The position numbers and the translations under genes are program-made. From Zygnema circumcarinatum SAG 698-1b (taxonomy: Eukaryota; Plantae; Zygnematophyceae), in contig CM074815.1 in the NCBI GenBank assembly GCA_037447605.1, forward strand, positions 1,426,001-1,490,000: a DNA stretch of 64,000 nt. Direction: 5' to 3'. Of the stretch, positions 39,093 to 53,480 are shown piece after piece. Numbering within the stretch: position 1 is the stretch's first letter; each line of letters begins with the position of its first letter. Below the pieces are notes generated by a model. That model was not told where the DNA came from, searched no databases, and saw only the letters and a program-made list of their open reading frames with translations.

Positions 39093-41426
39093 AACAAGCA
39101 ATAAACTTGTTAGTGTTCATATAGATTTTGAGATCTTTAGTCATTGAAATGGTTACTGTTTGGTCTGGTTAGTGCATTTTTGTATGCGTGACTAAGAAAA
39201 TCATATTACTTTGATTGGAACGTAGTTTTATTCTGTACCTAAAACAGAAGAAGCACTACTTTGTATATATAGGTCGAGGTGGTGAGAAGTACTTCCTGTT
39301 TTCCATTTCTGTTGCAGCATCAATTTTAAGAAATAAAAAACCCAGGACGAAATCTTGTTAGAATCAACTCATCAACTTTCATGTAATTGGTGACACGTTT
39401 TTAATCTTTCACACAATCAACTTCGGACTGTCGGTTTGGATTAGTTAGTACAGGTTTCTCTCTGGTCCCCAAGAAAGCCCTACTCTTAAACCCCACTTGA
39501 TGGATGAGTGCAAGAGCTGGCAAAAATCGAAACATGAACTTTTTGGCACGGGTCATTCGTTTCCTATACAGTACGGGTTCTAATTTCATTTCTGAATCCA
39601 AATACGTTTCACTACGAAATACGAAATCAATACATGCTTGTCAGCGAAATAAGTGACAGTGAACTAAAGAGCACTTCTTTGAAACAAATTTCATGTCAAT
39701 GTCTTCAAGTTTGAAACACTCTACTGGCTCCAACCTCCTATTGGCCTACCCATGTGTTCGCTTCGTTATGACTCAATAGTGGAGCTGACTTCAACACAAC
39801 ACACAGTTAGGGGTTTTATGGACTGAGCAACTTTTTCTTCCATTTTTAGACTCATGACTGAGCCAAAAGATAATTTGATCATTGTTCGACATGGAAATTC
39901 AATCAAGTTCAAGAAACTAGATTTTCATCCAAAGTAAGTTTTTGGAGGCATTCAGGGTTTTTAAGGAATGGCATTATAAGCATCAAGTTGGTCTACAAAC
40001 ATCCGCCGGTTCTCACAGAGACACGTGGACTAATCAATCTGCTTGTGTTCAAACTCAACCTTCCTCAGCTCGCCCAAACCACACCGCGAACATTGAACTG
40101 CTGCAAAACTGCCAGCTTGGCACCAAAAGGTTTTCAATTACATTAGAAGTAGCCATCCTTTTTTTTATCCATGTCAGCAATAACCACAGAGGAACTCAAG
40201 ATGAACATGAGCAGGAGTCCCACCTGCTTCCTCAGCCTGAGCGACGTCACGCCTTGGCTTCTCCCACTCCCACTCACATTCCCTCTCCCTCTCTTCACCT
40301 GGCAGGCATTAAGCCCAACAGACAATGGGGAATGGAAATGGAAATCATGCATTCCATGGAAATCATTCCAAAAGCAGCCCCAACGGAAGCCCAGCCAAGG
40401 GCCTGGCTGGGGAAACTGCCAAATGCAGAACTGCCAGGAGTGGGGCACCAAACTGCATGGAGCGCAGGTGTCTTATTTCGGAATTTACTCCTTCTGCAGC
40501 ACCAACGAACAGAGGCTTAGAAGGCGAATATTTGAGGCTTGAGCCTGAGCGAATCAGCATGTGTGTCCAATATGCACTTTTTTCTCACGTTGCACGTTGC
40601 TGGTTCATAGAGATTTTTTTTTCCCCTTCCTCGTGCATGGAACAGTGAGGCTGTTTTAAAAAAGCAAAAGGCTCCATAGCCACGTAGCTTACACGTATGT
40701 GACATGGAGAGAGGCGCAGCTTGAACAGAGTGCAGAACTGTCGTATCGCATCATCGCCTGAACATGCAACCAACTGAAACGGTTTTACTCATAGATACGC
40801 TGATGAGTGTCGGTTCATCAACAGTAAAAGGATAAGTACAAGGATGGCCTCCTACAAACTGCTACCTCGGTACACCTCGCTCTCCCCTCGTACTGCGGGG
40901 CCCTTCTGACAATCCTGTTCTGTCTGGACAGTATGAAAGCCCTAAACGCTCAGACGATATGCTCTGCTCGTGAAGTGAGTCGAAGCAGCAGCTCCATGCC
41001 CTCTGGAGAACAACCTCCGCTGGCATTATAAACAGCTCCGCGGCAAACGACCGCTGAAAGCAGCATAGAGTCACTTTGTTCAGCAACATCACGAGCATTT
41101 GGCAGTCGAAACGTCCATTATTTTCACTCTAAACGCGAAAGCAGCCTAACTTCAGCGCAAAACTGTTCAAGTGGGTACCCATTTATTTCAGGAGCAAAGT
41201 CATGGGAAGTGAATGTTTTGCGTGAAGTTTTAGGAGGTCAGAAGCACGACGCCAGTTTTTTCAAGGAGATAATAGCTATAGCTCCACTTGCTTTGAAAAG
41301 ACATGCTCATTTCCAGAAGTCAACATCCATCAGCAGATGTGTGTTATAGCACTTACCATCGGAAAGCATGAAACGTCTTCTCATGTAGAAGAATAGAATA
41401 GACCTCACCCTTCATCCTCAGCACTT

Positions 41427-44400
41427 TCAGTTCATTGTGCCTCTACATCTGCACAAACCGCTCCCCAGCTTTCATGTGAACGGGCGTGCCTTGAAAGCAA
41501 GTTGTTGTGAAGAAGACTTGCAAGCTAACAAATCCAACATCCAAGCTGCTCAGACAGCTCCTATAGGTGGACTCGCCCTCATGCAAAGGGAGGAATGGTG
41601 CCTGCAGTCGGCTTTGTTAGGGACAAAGGCAGAAAACTCGCACACCTTTCAGCCCCACAATGGCACGGAATCTTGCACTCTTCCAGTGGGAACTTGTAGT
41701 CATATGTGAGCTCCTCACCCGGCTGAATGGCTCGCTTGGAGTAAATGACCACACGCTTGTGACCATCTGCAGCGATGATCTTTGTGTAGCAGTTGGGCTA
41801 CATAACCCCCAGGAAATCCAAACCATCCCAGCCCTGAGTTCAATCCTCCATATGAGAGGGGAAAGGGAAGAGGGGGGGGGGAGGGAGAGAGAGAGAAAAA
41901 GAGAGAATGGGGAAATCGGAACGAGGAAGGGAGAGTAAAGGCAACTTGCGAAGAGCTCACTTCACAAGAGTGATTGATGAAGCGTGCGAGGCCGCCCTTC
42001 ATCGTTGCGTCGACCTGCAGCATCCCAAAGGCCCGGCTTCTCGATCAGAAAAGGGAAAAAAACACAAACACACGGATTAGCTGCTATTGCAGGAGGAGGG
42101 GGCAATGCGTACCACCACTTCATCATCAATCCGAAAGAGGTAGCTGCTCCCAAGGCCTAGCTTCTCGTACCGCCGCTCCCGCATGTCAGACACCTGCAAG
42201 AGAATGGACGAAGGTGGAGAGCGGCACAACAAGAACTATCACTCCTTTGAATGTCAATGTCTGACGACGTCTGCATGCAGACATAAGATCTTGGCAGTTC
42301 AGGACTGCAAACCCCACAGGAGGAAGCAGGAAGCAAAACATACCGGCCGCCTTATCAGTTCCCCCGTGTATTCTATGATGAACTCATCCGGTTCCACACA
42401 TTCCACTGCGAGTAATCCCCATCCATGGATACGACTCCGTTCAAACTTGAGTCGCTTCTTTCGAGCCTGCGAGCATGTTCAAAAAACACCACTCACTTCA
42501 ATCATCAGTATAGCAAAGAAAAAGCATCAGGCAGAGTCAACGTGTCCTTGTTCCCAACGAAGAATGCCAAGGCTATCATTTACGGAGGATGCAAAAGGAT
42601 GGCTGTTGGCGTTCCCAGCTTGACCTGATAGGAGAGAACCGTACCTTGAGCACACTCAATTTGAGCAGGTCAGAGCCCTCCATAGCAACCGCCAACTGGC
42701 GATGCAGAGCACGGTGAGTGCGTGCAATCTGCAGCCCTCTCCCCTCACTCCTGTTGCCCCCTTCCCCCATCTCTGCAGACTCTTTTCCAAGAGGAGCATC
42801 CATTGTAACCTGACTGAGATGCAGTGCTGCCTGAACCTGCTCCTTCATCTTCTCCCGCCAAACCCACCCGTCGGAGGAGGAGCGAGCACATGAGCCCCCC
42901 ATGTCCGCTTTGCCGGCAGATTTATTTTTACGCTTTGAAAGGGCTTTGCGTGAAGGAGGATACCGTTGGGAGGCTGGAAGGGAGGGTTGTACGGCAGCGG
43001 GAGTGAAAGATTCTGGGTTTTCCTTTGGGCCAGCAGCAGGCAAAAATCTCGACTGCGCTTCTTTTTCTACTAAGCGTGCAGCTTTCAGGGATTCAACTAC
43101 ATCGCCGAAAATGGATTCCAATCGGAACTTCGGCTGCTTGTTGGGCCGAATACTGACAATTCGAATCTCCTTCCAGAGCTTCTTCTGAAGAAGCTGTCAG
43201 AGAATGACAGCATGGCTAGGTGTCAGCTTGACAGAAGCTACAAAAATAAATTCTAAGTAGTCAGCAAACACAGATGATGTAGAGTCTGCAGAGGTTACAA
43301 TGCAAGTACTAGCAATTTCATAAAGACTGATAGTAGAGTCTCTTACCTCTTGGAGACGTTTCTCCAGTTCCATCGTATCCGTTAGGCCACTCCACCATCC
43401 TTTAGCTGGTTGCGAAATGTCTGGCAGTTGCTCCACTTTGCTTGCAGCACTTGTTTCAGGACTGTCAGTATGAGCTCTGAGTTTGCTATCAGGCACTTTG
43501 AATTCGTCCATATTGCTCTTAAGAGAACGATGATCCAAAAAGTTGGAGCAGCTTCTTGTCATTCTCCTTTGTATGGGCCGTTCAAAAAGAGTAGATTTGG
43601 GACCTTTCCGTGCTACCCCTTCCAGCAACTCCCCTTGGAGACGGTCATTGTCTACCTCCCCAGACAGAACAACATTCTCAACTCCTGCGTCTGAGGCCTC
43701 TGCACAAAAGACCTTCACAAACTCTTTCTGACTTCTGACATGAGAGGAGTCAAAGCCTTGTACATGCACGTCCACAAGCCCCACTGCCTGCTCCGACTCA
43801 TCCGACGCATTTAGTCCGCTAGTCACCACCGACTCCAACACAAGACCATCCGTTACAGTGAGTTCAAATCTAACGGCATCTCCTTTCGCCTGTAACTCTG
43901 TCTCATCTTGATCATCCGACGCTGCAGAAACGATGATGCATGGCTGCAGGGGAGCCTCCCATGGTGTAACTTTGAGATTATGCATAGTCATGTCGGGGAC
44001 CACTTCTTTGCCATCAGTCTGCTGATTCACTTCTCTGACAATTTCATCCACATGTACTGAAATGGAGGGTCTGGATTCCTCTTGGGGCGTCTCGTAATCC
44101 ATATCCCTACCGACTTCCTCATCATCGCTAGTTATCAGATTGACAGCAGAACCGTTTCGTTCATCCAATGTGCCCAACCCCTGCCTGCCGGATGGGCTTG
44201 GAAGAGGGTCCACCGTCGGGACTGTCACCTCCTGAGGGTCGACTTCATCCACCTCTGCACGCACTGCTAGTACAAGGGCTGCTTGAATGGAAATGCCTCT
44301 CTTCCCAGGTTCAAGGGGCTCCATCTGCATGCCTTCAGCAATGCATGGAAACCCACATTCTTCATGGGATGCGCTCAGGGTGTCTCCATTCGTTTCTACG

Positions 44401-47400
44401 TCCTGCAGAGCATCTGTGTGAGCACTTGCATCTTTCTCAGGTTCATTGATGGGAAGAATCTGGTAGTCAGATTCCGTTTCTGAGTCCTCCCGTTCCGGTG
44501 TGTACGACGCCGGACTTTGAGGGCATTCAACAGGAGGGCGTGAAACTTCACAAGGAAACTCCTCATGATGGAATCCTGGTGGGAAAGCAAGTCCAATTCG
44601 TACGGGTTCAGTTCTCAATGATGATGAACCATTGGGAGCTGTGGCGAAGGGCTGGGGGGTATCGATATGAGGGAAGGGAGAATTTTCGGCTAGCCCAGCA
44701 AGCATCATTTCTGCTTGCTGGAGAATGAGCTCATGATGCAGGCGCCTTGATTCGTCCTCCTCAACAACTGCTGTAGAAATAGGGCTCGCCTCAGGACAAT
44801 GTTGGACGGCATCATCTTGTTGATTTCGGACCTGCTCGTCCTTCTTGACTCGAAACTTGGGCAGCTTCATAAGTACTTCCTGCATTCACATTTACTGTCA
44901 GTCTACCATCTGCCGCCAAAATAGCACTCACAAAAGAAACAGAAAGACCGAAGGGTTACTGAGTACTAACCGGTTGCCAGGCGATAACATCCTCTTCTAA
45001 GCTCGGCCTCTCCACTGTGGGGGGGGCAGTGGCAGGAGAACACACTCCGGTCTGTGAGGGAGCAGAAGAAGCTCTCGATTTTGCCTGAAGTTGAGCTGCT
45101 ATGGAGGGGTCTAGTAGGGCCTTCAAAAGGTCTGCCCGGACGGCCTCTAGGAGTTCCATTTGCAGAACTTCTAAAACAGATAGAGGGGCCGGCTGGCTAA
45201 ACCCTCCTCCTACAAGCTGCTCCAAGGCAACTGGAGGATAACCTAAGGTGTGAATGTTGTGAATCTGCAACAGTCAATGCCAAGATGAAGCCACATCAGA
45301 ACAAACGATAGAATAAGTTACAAACGCAGAGAATCACATGCAAGAAACATGAAGGTTATTTTGTTGAATGATTGCAACATTTCACTGTCAATATCATGAT
45401 CAAGCCACACGCACCTCTAAGGACCCGTGCAGCTGACCCTCTTGCAGCCATTGGCGCAAATACATCAGAGGAAAAGGGCCTTTGAACGTGTCATCTGCAC
45501 CCTCGTAAAGCCACTCTGCGGCATTCCAGCGGTGCCAATCGTTCTCCTGCGCTGCCTGCAGGCATCCCATTAGCAAAACTATAAAAATGAACATGAAAGC
45601 CTTCAATAGTGCCCAAAACAGCATACACCTATCACGTAAGAACTTTGAAATGCAACCACCCATCCGCCACCACCACACCGCTGTAAGTCATCTCCTCACC
45701 TCCTGTACAGCCTGGGACTGTTCGACGGAAGCATGGAATCCCTCAGTTGCCCATTCTGCACTGCCTGTAAGGGACATGCCTTTGAGACTGTTCAGTGGCA
45801 ATTCAGTAGGTGCAGAGAAACCCGCTTGGCGAAGCCTGGAGAGAGCCAATGCCAACTTCAACAGCATGGGAGGCTGCCTTATTCCGGCAAGCAGCCGCTG
45901 TACCGGCAGGTCTTCAGGGGCTTCTCCATTAGCCAGAGCTTTGCGGAGCTCTGAAAGACTAAGGGGGCCCACAATAATCCCTTCATTTTCATAGACCCAC
46001 TCTGGGGCATTTTCATCATCAGGAAAATCTTCGGTACGACTATTGAGGCAAGTGCTCGTCTCTTCGCATGAAGAAGGGGTTTTTTTCGTGGGATCGATGC
46101 CCGGTGAAGCGAATGATGCGGCAACTGGAGAATCACTGGATATGAGGTTCATGCTTGGCTGCTCGCAGACTGTAGAATTCGCCACACCAACCCTCGACGC
46201 ACTCCTGCAAATACATGGAAGTGGCATAATGAATATGAGTCAACCATACAAATATGAATATGCCAAGACTCAACCATATGTTGATGGATGTTGTCCATCT
46301 CGTCGTAAAAAGGATTGATCCCGAAAGGAGTAGGCAGTCCACAGATATGTGCTACGCTGCGAAAAAGGCGAACTTTGCGAGTCCTACATTTAGAGTAGAT
46401 GTTCGCTATCCCCCAACTAAATGGACATCTAGCGAACATTTTACTCACCAGAATAGAGGGATAGAGTTAAACTGGAAACACCAAGCTGCCTCAGGACAGC
46501 AGGGTTTTACTCAAGAGACCTTGTCAATGCAACTACCTAATAGTTCATCCGTATGCAACTTAGCATGACAACAATAGCATAATGGCAAAACGAAGCACAA
46601 TGAAAGCTACGCCTACAATAGAAATGACCAAGAAGTGACCTTAACAAAAATCCCGTTCTAACGTGACCTGTCTAGGCAAAACCTGGCAGCGATGGAGAAC
46701 GACAAAGCGGACAAGGTCCAAGGACATTATCCATGTGTCTTATGGAAGATTAAGCGACTAGCCATTCCTTTTTCTAGCATGAAGCAAATGTGAACAAGCT
46801 CAAGAGTTTTGGATTGTCCCCAGTCATTCAATTGTCCAACAATTACACAAGCAACTCTAAATTTTTCTAACCCTACATAACGAACAACAGTAGCCAGGGA
46901 ATCGCTGCAGACAATATGCAGTACTTGAAGGATTTAGTTTTGATAGTTCTACGTGCCCAGAATTCTTACATTTTGCAACGATGCTGCAGAGTTCCACGTT
47001 GGCTGACAGAATGGGACGGCGCATGCGTAAACACGGAACGGACTTGGTCACTCGCACTGTGGAATAAACTGTGTCTCTCAGCAGTTCCATGAGCGTCGCT
47101 TGACACAAGAAGTGGACCTTCGTCAGCCCAAAATGGATCGCTAGCCTTGGGATCACCTGTGGGAGGTGAAAGGCGTTGCAACTCCCTCCTTGCTTCCCCT
47201 CTTGAATGTGTCTCCACACCCCTGAGAACATACGTGTTGTCTTCTCGAGCCTGACAGCTCTCGTGCAGCATAGGAGAGTCTAAGAAACCATTGCTTCTTC
47301 CAGCTTCTAACCCAGCTACTCCTCCTGTGATACTTTCTAGCGCAACCAGGTTGCTATTACTGGGCCCCATATCACTGTCACCACAATTAGATTCCGTTAC

Positions 47401-50048
47401 AGCATCAATAGGGCTTGTGCCTTCACATTTAACGTCAGAGCCATGTTTACACTGTACATCTACAGAATGTCCTCCATGCATATCCATGGATGGAACATCC
47501 AATGATTGTCCGTTTTCTTCACGCGGTCTATCAGATAGCGATTTTTGCTTTGCCTCCTGCTCAGGAGCAAGCAATCTTTGACTTACTTCATCAGTTTCTT
47601 TTCTCCCCCGTACCAACTCAGAGTCCATATCACCGTTCATATCACCGTTCATGGGAAAATCCTGTTCCGCCAAAGCATGATAGAGGCCTGTTAGCTTAAA
47701 GCATGCGATCATCTGCATATAACTTAAGTATGACACACTGCAAAGATTCTCTCATGAAGTAAATATTTCCATTGAAGGCAGTCTCCGAAAGAGGGAAAAA
47801 TGAAATCAAATTCGTCCCCTGCCAGATTCTGGGCGCTGATTGACCATTTCAAGGTATAGGGCAGGCAAACTGATAAAACATTTCTTATACCCGAGGAACG
47901 ATGCGTGAATATGCCCACTAACGCATAATCAAGCAAGCCAACAGTGGTACAAGAGAGTGAAGATGAGAAACACTACGGCAGCAGAGACAAGCTCTCCTGA
48001 ATGTTACCTCAAAGTGCGGGGTCACCAGCGACGACGTGGACTCCGAGGTAGCTACTGAAGATGACGAAAGTGAAGAGGTGGAGGAACGAGTTACAGGTTT
48101 TGATGACTCAACCGGAAGCCCTTTTTCTTGTGAAACTGAGGCTAGGCTTTCTTGTGGGATCGAATGCTTTGCTGGCTCCCCTTGTACAAGAACTTCAGCA
48201 ATATAGCGAAATCGCTTACCCAGCCTTTCACTGCTACCTGCTCCCAAACGGTGTTTCCGGATCACGTCGCCCCGTGTCCGAGCACAACTACTTTCATTCA
48301 CCTGATTTCCAGATTCGCGAGAATGCCGTTTACTGACTGTTCTCAGCTTAACCAGAGGTGGACCTTCTTGGCAAAGTTTTGCTTCGCTAACAATAGTTTG
48401 AAGTCCATCCTTGACACTGCTTTGCTTCCACCACCTATCCTTTGAAGAAGCGTTGTCGTACTCTGACCCCAGACGTGCAGAGCGGTGGTGAATTTCACTC
48501 CGTCCTGTAACACTTCGAAGCCGCTTTTCATAACTTGAAACTGCAGTGTCATGAGGACGTTCGTCTGCCCTCCGTCGAGAAACTGGCTGCAGCAGGAACA
48601 CGAGCAATGGCACAAGCGGGGTATAAACAAAGAGAACTAAGGAAAGAAATTTCCGCAAGCACAAAGGAATCACTCTCATAGCCACGAATATTCGATAATT
48701 GCAGAATAATCTTGAAAAGAGTTTGGAACACACCTTGGGAGAGTGAGACCTGGCGTCCGCTCGCCGCTCCTCTAAGTCTTCGGCCCTCGAAACTGCAAAA
48801 GAAGCAAAAACACTTGACTCAAGCATCTTCTGACTGTGCATAACAAAGCAAAAAGTTGCAGCTTCCCCCTTCATTACTCGCTATGATCTCAATCCCTAAA
48901 TACCTCACGACTGCAGTCTCCGCCCAACATTGAACTCAGCTTCCAAGAAAACCACAAAAAACTGAAAGCCTACAGAACAGCACAAAACGACCTTCAATGA
49001 TAATGAGGAAACGACCATGATCTCAAATACCTTGATGAAATGCACGCCGTGTATCGTGGCCGCTTCTCTTGCCCTCAGCCAAGACATCCCTGCAAACCCG
49101 AGAAACTGTGTCATAGTTCTAGAGCCTAAAAAATCATGCAATGCAGACTAAAATTACAAGATTGAAGTTTATTGTCTTCATTACAGGGATACCAAGCTGA
49201 TCTTTCCTCGAGCGGAGCAGCAGCGACTCGAACGCCTTCATTGTCGTTTACAACAGTTAGTTTGGAGAGTGAAGGAGCAAATGTTAAGTTCTTGCCTGCC
49301 ATGGCCCACATTCTGCACATGACAAAGTACCACACGAACTTAACTCATAAGCAGGCTATGATCATAAAAACTTTAAAAAAAACTCAGCACTGGAGAAACC
49401 TGTTCTTCGCTTCACTCATACATATGCAGCATGCAACGGCCAAAAACTTGCAGCAGAAAAAGCTGTCTAACATAGAAAAGCACCTTCACATCCTGTCACG
49501 TTCATGGAAAGGTGCTACTCTTTATCCTTTTCCTCACTCCGAATCTCTTCAAACCAGAATCAGAAAACCTAATTCCGGAATAGGATAAAGAACTCAGTTC
49601 TCACTCCAGAATACTCCAGCCGCAGGTTGCCAGCTGTCGGTTCTCCATGCTGCCTCCTCTGCCACAGAGCATCCGCGTCGAAAGCAGGGCCGCCCACCCG
49701 AGCTCTGGAAGATCTTCCCCGCTCTCGCTCCTCTTCATCCGAGCAGTATTTCTGACCATATCCGCTCCCATGCAGACGAAGCCGAACACGCTTGGGAGAG
49801 CTCCCTGCAGGGCTCCCGCTTCTGGAGCGCCTGCGGCCCCCGCCATGGCGGTAGGCCCAGCTCGGCGAGCGCGGGCTGGGCGAGCGAGCCCTATCGCTCC
49901 AGCGCCTGCCTCCGCCTCTGGTGCGGCAGCTGCTGTCCTCCGCCATGGCCCCCCATCCCGCGCTGCCCGCCACCATGGTCTGCCGCCTCCTTCCCTCCCC
50001 TCCCGGGGCCGCCCGCCAGTCAGGGAGCGCCCGCCGTGGACCTTCCAT
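41427..50048 (-). CDS. SET1/ATXR7-like H3K4 methyltransferase with GYF-like domains, multi-exon
   Basis: Exons [49 protein letters not shown]|[14 protein letters not shown], post-SET CHCGAER|CRGTMN*; two GYF-like exons (45400-45560, 45870-46020); long acidic exon 43197-44885. Start codon tentative (50048 or 49976). Confidence 0.92.
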
Positions 50049-50141
50049 GCTGGAACAGGGCCTCCGGCCGTTCAACTGCTGGAAGGGTCGGGTCACACGA
50101 GGACTTGGACATGCACGGGAGAGGAGGGGGCCAATTGATGA

Positions 50142-50183
50142 GATGGGATGGGATGGGATGGGATGGGATGGGATGGGATGGGA
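50142..50183. repeat. (GATGG)n microsatellite upstream of the SET gene
   Basis: About 8 tandem copies read directly. Confidence 0.95.
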
Positions 50184-51074
50184 CATGGTGGCTTGTCAAC
50201 GACGGCGACGCCATCATATACCGTACACGGACAAAGGAGGGACCGATGGGAACTCGTCCTTGCCATATGCTCATGAATCGAGAGGGTTGGATAGCCCAGA
50301 GAGAGATACAGGTCATCCACCGTTGGATATGGCACGCATGACTATCGTGGGATGGTGAGCGTTGGATAGCCGCGTGCGACGTTTCTGGTCCTCACCGTTG
50401 GCGTGCGTGGGATGTAGGCCGTTGGATCTGCCACGTGTCGCTTGTCAAGTGCTGCTTTTGCGTCGTAGAAGAAGAAAATGGCATTTTGCGTCGTCTTTTC
50501 TTTGTCATTTTTTTTGCGTCTTTTGTATCGCGTTGTCATGAGCATGCCAATATGTTGTTGAAAGCATACGCACAGCAAAATGCGTGTGCAATGAGATCAT
50601 AACATTAGCATCAATGCCATCTCATGTGCGCGGTACTGCAAACTTGAGAGGGCATGCAGCAACAATGCTGCCCCCATGTCACATGCATTTTTCCACGACG
50701 GCACTTCATGATGGGGATATACCGATGATGCAGCACCATGTACCGCACAGATCGAACCGTTGATTCAGAAAATGGAATGGTTGCAACCATTGGATCAGCA
50801 ACCATTGGCAAACATTGGACTGGCCAATGGTTGCCGACCCAATGGTTCGACCTATGCAGTAGGTGTTTGCATGTGCCGCACAGTGACTGTAACATGACGG
50901 CAGCTCTATGTGACGCAGTAGTTAGGCAGGCGGTGAAACTGGAGCAAAGAACGGCTGCGAGCCGGCGGGAACAGGACGGCGCTTCGCAGTGCGGTGCTGG
51001 CAGAGGAGAAGCGGAGAGGACGTTGTTAGGGTTGCCTGCTTGCGGGAAGCTCTGCAGCACTCCCACAGGGCGCC

Positions 51075-52425
51075 ATGGGGAACGCAGCCACTGTGGCTTA
51101 TGCGGAGGAGAAGGAAGAGGTGCCTTCGAGTTGCCTTTGACTGGCGTCTCTCGGGCTTTATGAGAATCTGTTAGCGGGAGCGTGTTGCATGGCCTACAGG
51201 CAGCTGTGGCTGGTCAGGCAGCATGCTGTGTGGTTGCGAAATAGTGGCAGGCATCTGAATGGCTGATGTTTTTTTTTTTTTGTGCAGGATGAGGTGACCG
51301 CAGTGCCTGAAGAAGAGTCTGAAGAAACGGAGGAAGGGGAGAAGAAAATATCGGTATTTTCGAGAAACCTGGCTTTTCTTTGCCTTAAGCAGCGCCTTGT
51401 GTTCGTAGGCCATTGCTGTTTCAGGCTTGAATTGGGTGGATATGCACGTCGTGGCATGCAGGTCGATGACGTAAAGACTGCTCCCATGGATTTCCGGTTC
51501 CCAACCACGAATCAAGCAAGGCACTGCTTTACACGATACAATGAATATCACAAGTGAGTTGTGCCATCGTTAGTGATCAAGGCCGCACAATGTCCTTTGC
51601 TTGCCTATTTATGCGTTTCCCCCGTCGCGGTTTTATTTGGTTCTTGCATAGCTGATTACGAAACTTCTTGTTTACTAGCTGGCTATTTGGTTTGATATGA
51701 AGTTCTTTCCTTGATGCAGATGCATAGCCGAAAAGGGAGAGGATTCCAGTGACTGTACGAAATACGCCAAATACTATCGCTCTCTGTGCCCCGGAGAATG
51801 GGTGAGCATCAGTATTCCGTATCAAGTTTTGTTATTTGAATCTAAATTCACTATGGAAAGGGTCTTCTCTTGTTTTGTGCTTGCAAGCGGACTTCGCCCT
51901 TCCTGAATCTGATCAGGTTTAGGGGCATTCTCTTTATTCACTTTCCAGTCAGATTTCTCTGATTTTGTCTATCTATTGTGGCGAAAGTCGGCGTTTTCTT
52001 GATTGCGTAATGGAAGTGCTTAGAGGTGGCCTAGAGCCAGCTATTATTTTGAAAAAGACGAAGAGATCATGGCTTTTGAAACATCACTTATTTCTGTAGG
52101 CTGCAAAGAGACATGCATGCGTGAATGGCCGTTTAGTTTATTATCAAAGTATTCTTTGTTGCTCAGCTTTGTGTTTAAACTATTGACGGGGCTTTGCATT
52201 TGCATGCCTCTTTGCTTAGTCGGGAATGTTCCTTCTTCCTTATGAACCATGCTTGCATACCCGTTCGCGGTTTCGTGTCCATAATCTTGCTCTATGTTAG
52301 CTATGGAGTCGCATTGGTTCCTTCTCACTGCACTGTTTCACATTTTGAGAGGGCATCTGTATGCTGGGCAGGTTGAAAAATGGAACGAACAGCGGGAGAA
52401 CGGAGCCTTTGTTGGCCGATATTAG
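51075..52425 (+). CDS. COX6B: Cytochrome c oxidase subunit 6b, five predicted exons
   Basis: KTAPMDFRFPTTNQARHCFTRYNEYHK|CIAEKGEDSSDCTKYAKYYRSLCPGEW|VEKWNEQRENGAFVGRY*; acidic N-terminal extension. First exon tentative. Confidence 0.95.
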
Positions 52426-53364
52426 GCTGCTCTCTGGCACAGGTGTAATGTTAATCAATCTCGTACTAGTGACCACATGGCAGGAGGCTTTGGTTCTGGA
52501 TCCCGTTGTGGATATCCCTTGAGTGCACCAATTGAAGAATTCATTGGAAAGAAGCATCAAACGCTCATCTGCTCTCTCTTCTCGGCAGTTTATGGCTAGG
52601 ATTAGCAGATGTTTGTACCGGCAAATGCCATCAAGCATCTGCTGCGCAGTGGTTGATCCATTTTGCAAGCCTTGCTCTGTCAATGGCAACTGTTGCACTC
52701 GTAGATAATGCTACACCTCGACTTTGTATGTCTGATTGGTGATGATGTAGAAATAACATGAAAGCTTTCTTGCTGAGGTGGGCTCCTTTTGATTTACCTC
52801 AAAAGCCGGCAAATGAGCTTGGAATCGGGTACATCAAATTTTCCAATGTCTGACTAATGCTTGTCATCAAGGGGAAAAAAACGTAAAGCGTGTTCCCAAT
52901 CCCTAGTGGATTCAGTTTGACTTGGATAAACTTTGAGTTTTTTTTATTTCTTGGCTTACTTTCCAATGGCGTTACTGGTACATTGTGCTCGGACTTGGAA
53001 TCGAAACTCTCTGCCAGTGCGTTATGCCATGTGCCACGTTTGCCAGCCAAGTTGTTGGTATGGAGACACTTACTCTGCTACCAATGTCTTCTAGCACTGT
53101 CGAATTCACCTCTGCCATGTTTCATGTGGCAAAGGACGATGCATTGTTACATCTTTTGCCATACACATGGTTAGGGAAAATGGTGGCAATTTGGCACCAT
53201 CGAAATCATGCACTATCAACACATCGTATATCACATCAACATAGCATCGACAACAAGATGGGAGATAACGTGGAGGAAATGTGCAGTCGTGGCAAACCCT
53301 AATTGGCCCCCACTTAAGGCGTGTTCTAATGGAGGGCCAACTCGATGACAAGTGGGCGGAGGCA

Positions 53365-53480
53365 AAGGAAGTGGCATTGATCTCACGATGGCGATGCCAT
53401 CAAATGTACATGGACAAAATCAGCATGGGGAACCACGAGGAACTGGTCGCAAAGGACCTAAGGTCAAAAGAAAAAAGCTA
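53365..53480 (+). repeat. Interspersed repeat unit, also at 60590-60700 and 60745-60820 (minus)
   Basis: Shared GCATTGATCTC...GCCATCAAATGTACATGGACAAAATCAGCATGGGGAACCACGAGGAAC core. Confidence 0.75.

Noticed and set aside
39400-41300. Possible small spliced gene on minus (exon-like pieces, AVQCSRCGLG CxxC)
   Set aside because: Could not build a consistent reading frame; may be 3' UTR exons of the SET gene.
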